From NCBI GenBank assembly GCA_021734945.1, contig JAIPIA010000003.1:28895-92894 (forward strand): 64,000 bases of DNA, written 5' to 3'. The notes below the pieces were generated by a model. That model ran no database searches and was not told the DNA's origin. It worked only from the letters and a program-made list of their open reading frames with translations. The translations under genes were made by a program, and so were the position numbers. Source of the DNA: Minisyncoccota bacterium. Lineage in GTDB: Bacteria; Patescibacteriota; Minisyncoccia; Phycocordibacterales; CAIZLB01. Within the stretch, counting starts at the first letter, position 1. The number at the start of each line of letters is the position of its first letter. Below, piece by piece: positions 58,405 to 64,000 of the stretch.

Positions 58405-59973
58405 ATGAGATACACAGGTGAATCAGTTCCTGGTTTCGGAGATCAACTCCTAGACGAAATGGAAGCTGGACATAGTCATGGTGGAAATGACACCAATGAA
58501 ACTAACAAGACAAGAGAAACTACAGAAGAAAGCACTTCTGTAGTAGAAGAGACTCCTATATTAAACGACCCTGAGGGAGCATCTGATGATGCTCTTTTTG
58601 GTATTGATAGTAATGGAGAGACTATGCATGGAGATGAAGATGAACCTGTTCTCTATAAAAAGGGTAAGAGAATCGTGACATCAGAAGAACAAGTAAAAAA
58701 GAAGAGGAATAAAAATAAGGTTGCAAGAAAGACTGAGCCTCTTGTGTCTCCTACTGTATTAAGTACTGAAAACGAAGCGAATGAAGGAGAAAAAGCGACA
58801 AGTGATATTGAATTTGCAAAACCAATGTCTGACGCAGAATTTGAAAAAAAGAAACAAGTTCAAAAAGTTATTGAGCAAATAGCTGATTTTTTGAGTACAG
58901 CAGAATTTATTCCTGCAGATTTATATATAAAAGCCCAAGCACTTAATGATCCATTTTTAAACAAATATATTCTCACATTACCAGATGAGACGGTTGTTTT
59001 CATGGATGACAATGCAGACAAAAGCAAAACCATTTTTGAAATTAAACAACACGCAGCAGTTTTAGCTGAACAAAAAAAGAATACTCCGATAGAAGACGAG
59101 ACTAAGACAGAGACCCTATCTCCACAAAATACTACAGAAATAGATGCAAAGTTAGTCAGTGAGATAGGAAGAAAATCTGAAATTAAAGAAGGGAGCCCAA
59201 CACCACCACAAAGACAAGAGCAAGGGCAACAGTCTAACAGACCAAGAAGGAATACTGCTTCCAGAGGAGGAAATTCTCAATGGGGGAAATCAGTATTAAG
59301 TAGTGCAATTTTTAGTAACAACCAAACAGCAATCCAACAGCAACAAGGGAGAGAACATTCAAATGAGAAGCATCATGAAGAACCTAACACCCACAAAACA
59401 AAGCCCAGCGAAAATATACTCAGAGATACTGAAACTATTACTCATACCCCAAATATAACTCCCGAAAAATTTGAACCTACGACTCAACAAGAATCACAAC
59501 CATCAAATCTTGAGAGGCTCTTCACTATTGCCCAAACAAAGGATGACCTTATTGCTATTGTTGCTAAATCTGCAAATCTAGAATCTGGATTGCAAGGGAC
59601 ACATCAAGTGTATTCAAAAGATGACCTCATAGCTCTCATTGAAGCTACTTGGATAGGAGATGTTGGTATTGATCACTTACCACGTACGGCTGGGTTTAGA
59701 GAAGCTGTGGACAGAGTGCGTGAACGTGAAAGAGAATCAGGAAAATTTGTTGAAGAAAGGACAACCGCAGAAGAGATTGAACCTCTTATTCAAACAAGTA
59801 TAAAAAATGCAGATACTTATGGAGTTCCCGAAGATTCACGAATTTATGACCACGACAAAGAAAATAATTCCTTTGTATATAACTACACAAATTATCCTCG
59901 GACAGAAACGAATCGAAAGAAAAATACCAGTATAGTCCAACGACTGTGGTCATTTTTGAGAGGAAAAAGATAG
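58405..59973 (+). CDS. Hypothetical acidic, largely disordered protein
   Basis: 522-aa ORF 7 nt after rnj; E/T/K-rich. Confidence 0.7.
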   Translation: MRYTGESVPGFGDQLLDEMEAGHSHGGNDTNETNKTRETTEESTSVVEETPILNDPEGASDDALFGIDSNGETMHGDEDEPVLYKKGKRIVTSEEQVKKKRNKNKVARKTEPLVSPTVLSTENEANEGEKATSDIEFAKPMSDAEFEKKKQVQKVIEQIADFLSTAEFIPADLYIKAQALNDPFLNKYILTLPDETVVFMDDNADKSKTIFEIKQHAAVLAEQKKNTPIEDETKTETLSPQNTTEIDAKLVSEIGRKSEIKEGSPTPPQRQEQGQQSNRPRRNTASRGGNSQWGKSVLSSAIFSNNQTAIQQQQGREHSNEKHHEEPNTHKTKPSENILRDTETITHTPNITPEKFEPTTQQESQPSNLERLFTIAQTKDDLIAIVAKSANLESGLQGTHQVYSKDDLIALIEATWIGDVGIDHLPRTAGFREAVDRVRERERESGKFVEERTTAEEIEPLIQTSIKNADTYGVPEDSRIYDHDKENNSFVYNYTNYPRTETNRKKNTSIVQRLWSFLRGKR

Positions 59974-60041
59974 TTTAAACATAGTTTATTGTACAGTATC
60001 TCAAATACACAATATGTTTGTGTGCTAAAATAGTCACAATT

Positions 60042-61217
60042 ATGGAACAAATCTTTGGCAGGCTGAAAAATATTCAGGCAATGCTCCTAATATTTATTTC
60101 GGTTCTTTTATTATCATTTCACTTCTTTTTTGTTTACTTTATCAACTCAAAATATCTTGAGGGAATTTTAAGTGGTAGCCAAGTAGGATTTACATATACT
60201 GCAGGTGCACTTGTAAACATAATTTTGATAATCTGTGCACCTCATATTCTGAGACGTTTTGGAAATTATCGTTTTACTCTCTTTTTAGGAACACTCGAAC
60301 TACTAGCCCTTTTAGGTTTAGCGCTCACACCTATTACATCACCAATTGTAATAATTGGGCTCTTTATCGCACACCAAGCATTTGGACCTACCCTTTTCTA
60401 CTGTATGGATATTTTTACTGAAAGCTTTTCAACTTCAGAGGAAATGGGAAACATCCGTGGAATATATCTTACAATGCAGAATGTTCCTCCAATTATTACA
60501 CCAGCAATAGTAGGACTTATACTCATTAAGCCTGAATATTGGAAAGTTTATCTTATTGGAGCACTCTTCCTTATTCCCTTCCTAATTCTTGTCGGAACAA
60601 ACTTCAAAAATTTCAAAGACTCTGAATATCCAGTTATAAATTTACCTAGTGCCCTGAAAAAGTTTTACGCCGATAAAAATGTATACAATGTTTTTGTTGA
60701 TCACTTTTTACTACACCTCTTTTATTCTTGGACTGTAATTTATCTACCAATTTATCTTATAGAGTACATTGGTTTTTCTTGGTCTGAAGTTGGAGTTATT
60801 TTGAGTGTCATGCTCTTGCCGTTTATTATTTTCCAGATTCCTATTGGTAGAATGGAAGATAAGTATCAAGACGAAAAGCACGTCTTAGTGCTTGGTTTCG
60901 GCATTATGGCGGCATCATTTATGCTTATACCTTTTATCCATGAAAAAAGCCTAGTACTATGGGCGGCAGTACTTTTTGTAAGTCGAATAGGTGCAAGTAT
61001 AGTTGAGGTTTCAGGGGAAAGTTATTTTTTCAAACATGTTAACCCTTCAAATGCTGGTTTTATTAGTTTCTTTAGAATGACACGATCTCTTCCCTATTTT
61101 ATAATTCCTCCTATCGTTGGCCTCATACTACTCTTTACAGATTTCTCATATATTTTCTTTGTAGCAGGACTGTTTATGCTCATCGGAGTTCGCTATGCAT
61201 TGTTATTAAAAAAATAG
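60042..61217 (+). CDS. MFS transporter
   Basis: About 12 TMs; PIGRMEDKY and RIGAS motifs; ATG 60042 follows TGcTAAAAT. Confidence 0.85.
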   Translation: MEQIFGRLKNIQAMLLIFISVLLLSFHFFFVYFINSKYLEGILSGSQVGFTYTAGALVNIILIICAPHILRRFGNYRFTLFLGTLELLALLGLALTPITSPIVIIGLFIAHQAFGPTLFYCMDIFTESFSTSEEMGNIRGIYLTMQNVPPIITPAIVGLILIKPEYWKVYLIGALFLIPFLILVGTNFKNFKDSEYPVINLPSALKKFYADKNVYNVFVDHFLLHLFYSWTVIYLPIYLIEYIGFSWSEVGVILSVMLLPFIIFQIPIGRMEDKYQDEKHVLVLGFGIMAASFMLIPFIHEKSLVLWAAVLFVSRIGASIVEVSGESYFFKHVNPSNAGFISFFRMTRSLPYFIIPPIVGLILLFTDFSYIFFVAGLFMLIGVRYALLLKK

Positions 61218-61292
61218 CCCCACTATTTTGTATATAGATAAGGATATTTAATTATTTGTTTTCGCAATTAAATTTTAGGTACAAACACCTCC

Positions 61293-62309
61293 TTAAGCCC
61301 CTACAATGCCCGCACAAGAGTTAAAAACTCTCACTGCGTTGTTGTAATCATCTATGCTTTCTTTGAGTGTAGCAAGTCTTGCATTGTAATCTATAACAAG
61401 CGAGTTATATTCATTTGCTTTTTCGATATAAGCGTCACCTGTGAGGCCATCAATCTGTCCTCTGACAATAGTTATTTTTTCTTCCAATGTAGCAATATCC
61501 GCTTTTTGAGTATCAACAGTTTGCTTTATTGCACCATTTGGAGAAACGCATGAGCTCAAAGGTTTAGCGAAATGCTGAACGATAAGCCACTGTTTTCTAC
61601 CTTGATATACTCCCTGACCTACTGCTAAACCTATCTCTTGATACCTACTATCGAGAATGTTCTTTTTATGGCCTGGACTTGCCATCCATGCAGCAACAAC
61701 TTGTGAGTCCCCTGAAAAAACACCTAAGGCCAAATTTTCTCCCACAACAATGTATTCATAGCCAGTCTTTCGTACTACATCAGAAACACTGTCCCCTGAC
61801 GGAGACACGTGCTGAAAGTATTGTTTCTGAAACATATCTTGTAATTTTATTTCCGCAGACTTAGAAAGCTGTGGGTCTTTTATAAGATCTGGTAGACCAG
61901 CCTTTTTTCTTTCAAAGTTAGTAGCTGAAATAATTCCTGAAACTGTTAATTCATGCTCTTCTTCATTTGAAATTACTGGTAAAAGTTCACCATTTGTTTG
62001 ACTTGAACCAAGGACACTTGATGTTGACTGGCCAGTACCATACCCTGGAGTATCTATCACAGTGGCAGTAGATGTCTTTACTCCTGATGATGTTCCACTC
62101 GGATCAGAAAAAGATGGAATATAATTTTGTGTACCATTAAGTACAGCACTTGAAGTTGCTGTTGTGATTTCCTTAAAGAGTTTCTTAAATGAATCAGCAT
62201 ACGCAGAATGGAGTTGATCGAAACTTGGAGCAACACCAGAAAGAGGCTCTTTGAAGTAAAAGAGTATTCCAAAAAATGTGAGTAGTATTAATATTGAACG
62301 AAAAATCAT
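61293..62309 (-). CDS. CAP/SCP domain protein
   Basis: TNFERKKAGL, YFQHVSP, GENLA, WMASPGHKKNIL, VQHF. Confidence 0.92.
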   Translation of the reverse strand: MIFRSILILLTFFGILFYFKEPLSGVAPSFDQLHSAYADSFKKLFKEITTATSSAVLNGTQNYIPSFSDPSGTSSGVKTSTATVIDTPGYGTGQSTSSVLGSSQTNGELLPVISNEEEHELTVSGIISATNFERKKAGLPDLIKDPQLSKSAEIKLQDMFQKQYFQHVSPSGDSVSDVVRKTGYEYIVVGENLALGVFSGDSQVVAAWMASPGHKKNILDSRYQEIGLAVGQGVYQGRKQWLIVQHFAKPLSSCVSPNGAIKQTVDTQKADIATLEEKITIVRGQIDGLTGDAYIEKANEYNSLVIDYNARLATLKESIDDYNNAVRVFNSCAGIVGA

Positions 62310-62367
62310 TTGTTTATGTAAATCGCCTTAGCGTATATGCTGTCTATACTGAACCCCCTAAGTATAT

Positions 62368-63387
62368 CTAATTTGTCTCAACTTTAACAATACGAATTAG
62401 GGCAAAAAGGAGGCCTACTACTATTGGACCCAACAGGAACCCCTCTGCTCCAAAAAACTGTAGACCACCCAAAATTGAGAAAAGTATGAGTAATGGATGG
62501 ATATTTACTCCCTTATTTATAATAAATGGAGCCAAGAAGTTATCAATAAGTCCTACTAGTAAAATTGACCAGAGAATTTCTACTACCCATATTCCAGAAG
62601 ATCCATAAAAATATAAATATATAGACGCAGGTATCCAAACAAGAGATGTACCCACTCCTGGAACTAGGGCCGCTACTCCAGCAACAGTTCCCCACAATGT
62701 AGCATTTGGTACGCCGAATAATGTGAAGCCAATACCACTTAGAATTCCTTGTACAAGGGCGACAGCAATCGAACCCATCAGTACAGAATTAATTGAAGAT
62801 TTGAGTGAAACAGAGATGAACTTATCTTTATCATCGGACAGAGGGCTCAATGCGATAATTTGTTTTTTAAATTCTTCTCCGTCTCGAAGGAAATAAAATA
62901 ATGCAACAATAGATAGAGCAAATTTTACAACCAAATCAAGTGTTCCGGAAAAAATACCTCCCAATCTATCAACAACCCAAGATGCAAATGAAGACAAATA
63001 TTCTCTTGTATTGATTGTAAAGTCTGGAATATATTTCTGTACCGCCACTTCGACTTTGGTAGTCAAAAAATCAACAGATATACTTTCACCTGAACTCACT
63101 GAAGAATAAAGATTCTGAGCTTCAGAAATAATCTGATTTGCAATTATTGTTAATGGTGCAAGGATCAAAACAACAAGAAGTACAATTGTAACTACAGAAG
63201 CAAGAGATTCAGATTTTAAGAATTTTAGTACCTTTCTGTAAACAGGGTGAATAAGAATAGAGACTATACCAGCTAGAGCAAGCGGTGTAAGAAATGGCCA
63301 AAAAATAAGCGCTGAAAGGATAGCAAAACAAATAAAAACTATACTGAAGAAAACTGTTTTATACCGAGCTTGTACTGTTGCATTCAT
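62368..63387 (-). CDS. AI-2E family transporter
   Basis: FYFLRDG, QGIL, IDNFLAP, HPLLILFSILGG...FG...GP. Confidence 0.92.
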   Translation of the reverse strand: MNATVQARYKTVFFSIVFICFAILSALIFWPFLTPLALAGIVSILIHPVYRKVLKFLKSESLASVVTIVLLVVLILAPLTIIANQIISEAQNLYSSVSSGESISVDFLTTKVEVAVQKYIPDFTINTREYLSSFASWVVDRLGGIFSGTLDLVVKFALSIVALFYFLRDGEEFKKQIIALSPLSDDKDKFISVSLKSSINSVLMGSIAVALVQGILSGIGFTLFGVPNATLWGTVAGVAALVPGVGTSLVWIPASIYLYFYGSSGIWVVEILWSILLVGLIDNFLAPFIINKGVNIHPLLILFSILGGLQFFGAEGFLLGPIVVGLLFALIRIVKVETN

Positions 63388-63458
63388 TTTTTTGAGAATT
63401 TTAATTCTTTATACTTCCACCAGTTTTATAATGACTGAATTATATCACTTTTTACACT

Positions 63459-64000
63459 CTATGCTCCATGGCAGCGTTTATACTTCTTGCCACTTCCACA
63501 CGGACAAAGGTCATTTCTACCTACCTTCTCTTGGCCTGAAATAATCGGGATAACTTTTGCATCGCGTATTGCGTCTGCAACCATACCCGAAGAAGCGCCA
63601 CCGACAACAATAGAATTTGCCCCGTTACCACCAGATTGACCCAGATTAATGTATTGGTTTGCATTTGGACGAGACTCCACTGTCGCTGTATTGTTACCTA
63701 CATCAACTTGCCCTTGCACATTTGCAAGTATTCTAATGATTTCTTGGTCTACTGAACGTTCCATGTTTTTAAACAAAGTTAGTCCTTCTTTTTTATACTC
63801 AACAAGAGGGTCTCTCTGACCATACGCCCGTAGGTTTACACTTGAGCGCATATAGTCCATAACTTCCAAGTGATCAATCCAAAAAAGATCTATAGTTTGA
63901 AGCATTACTCCACGTGCTGTACGGAGGAATGAAATATCATCACCGGATGCCGCTTTAAAATTTTCTGAATTTTTTACAATTGCTTCTTTTTCTTCTGGTG
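63459..64000 (-). CDS. secA: Preprotein translocase SecA, 3' end (continues beyond the window)
   Basis: WIDHL...[17 protein letters not shown]; SEC-C motif [19 protein letters not shown]. Confidence 0.97.
   Translation of the reverse strand, partial: PEEKEAIVKNSENFKAASGDDISFLRTARGVMLQTIDLFWIDHLEVMDYMRSSVNLRAYGQRDPLVEYKKEGLTLFKNMERSVDQEIIRILANVQGQVDVGNNTATVESRPNANQYINLGQSGGNGANSIVVGGASSGMVADAIRDAKVIPIISGQEKVGRNDLCPCGSGKKYKRCHGA

Noticed and set aside
1-64000. Alternative genetic code (UGA=Gly, as in Gracilibacteria/Absconditabacteria)
   Set aside because: Long conserved genes are intact under code 11, and TGA serves as the stop in the ATGA overlap at 12438-12441.

Overview
AT-rich chromosomal window read with genetic code 11 (TGA is used as a stop). 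It looks like Patescibacteria/CPR (Parcubacteria-like): short PheS and EF-Ts, split transketolase, type IV pilins, giant surface proteins and no biosynthetic pathways. Housekeeping content: rnpB, tRNA-Ser(GGA), tRNA-Thr(TGT), pheS/pheT, rpsB-tsf, prfA-rpmE, rplY, a fba/pfkB/tkt/rpe/rpiB/gap sugar-phosphate cluster, gatB, obgE, secG, rnj and the 3' end of secA. No integrase, transposase, CRISPR array or reverse transcriptase was seen. Best leads: (1) an orphan phage-type DNA thymidine-hypermodification enzyme (aGPT-Pplase1/amino-acid:DNA transferase family) among ung, ogt, two NUDIX genes and a GNAT, on the 3' side of tRNA-Ser; (2) a surface-fibre operon with a 2,100-aa S74 auto-chaperone protein and a triple-LamG gene whose domain frameworks are near-identical in DNA around unrelated cores; (3) a GC-rich multi-stem element directly upstream of lemA; (4) an RNase P RNA of about 550 nt; (5) an orphan two-subunit lycopene-cyclase-like pair; (6) extended -10 promoters 6-11 nt from many start codons, suggesting leaderless expression. 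All family assignments come from motifs recognised by eye, not from database searches.
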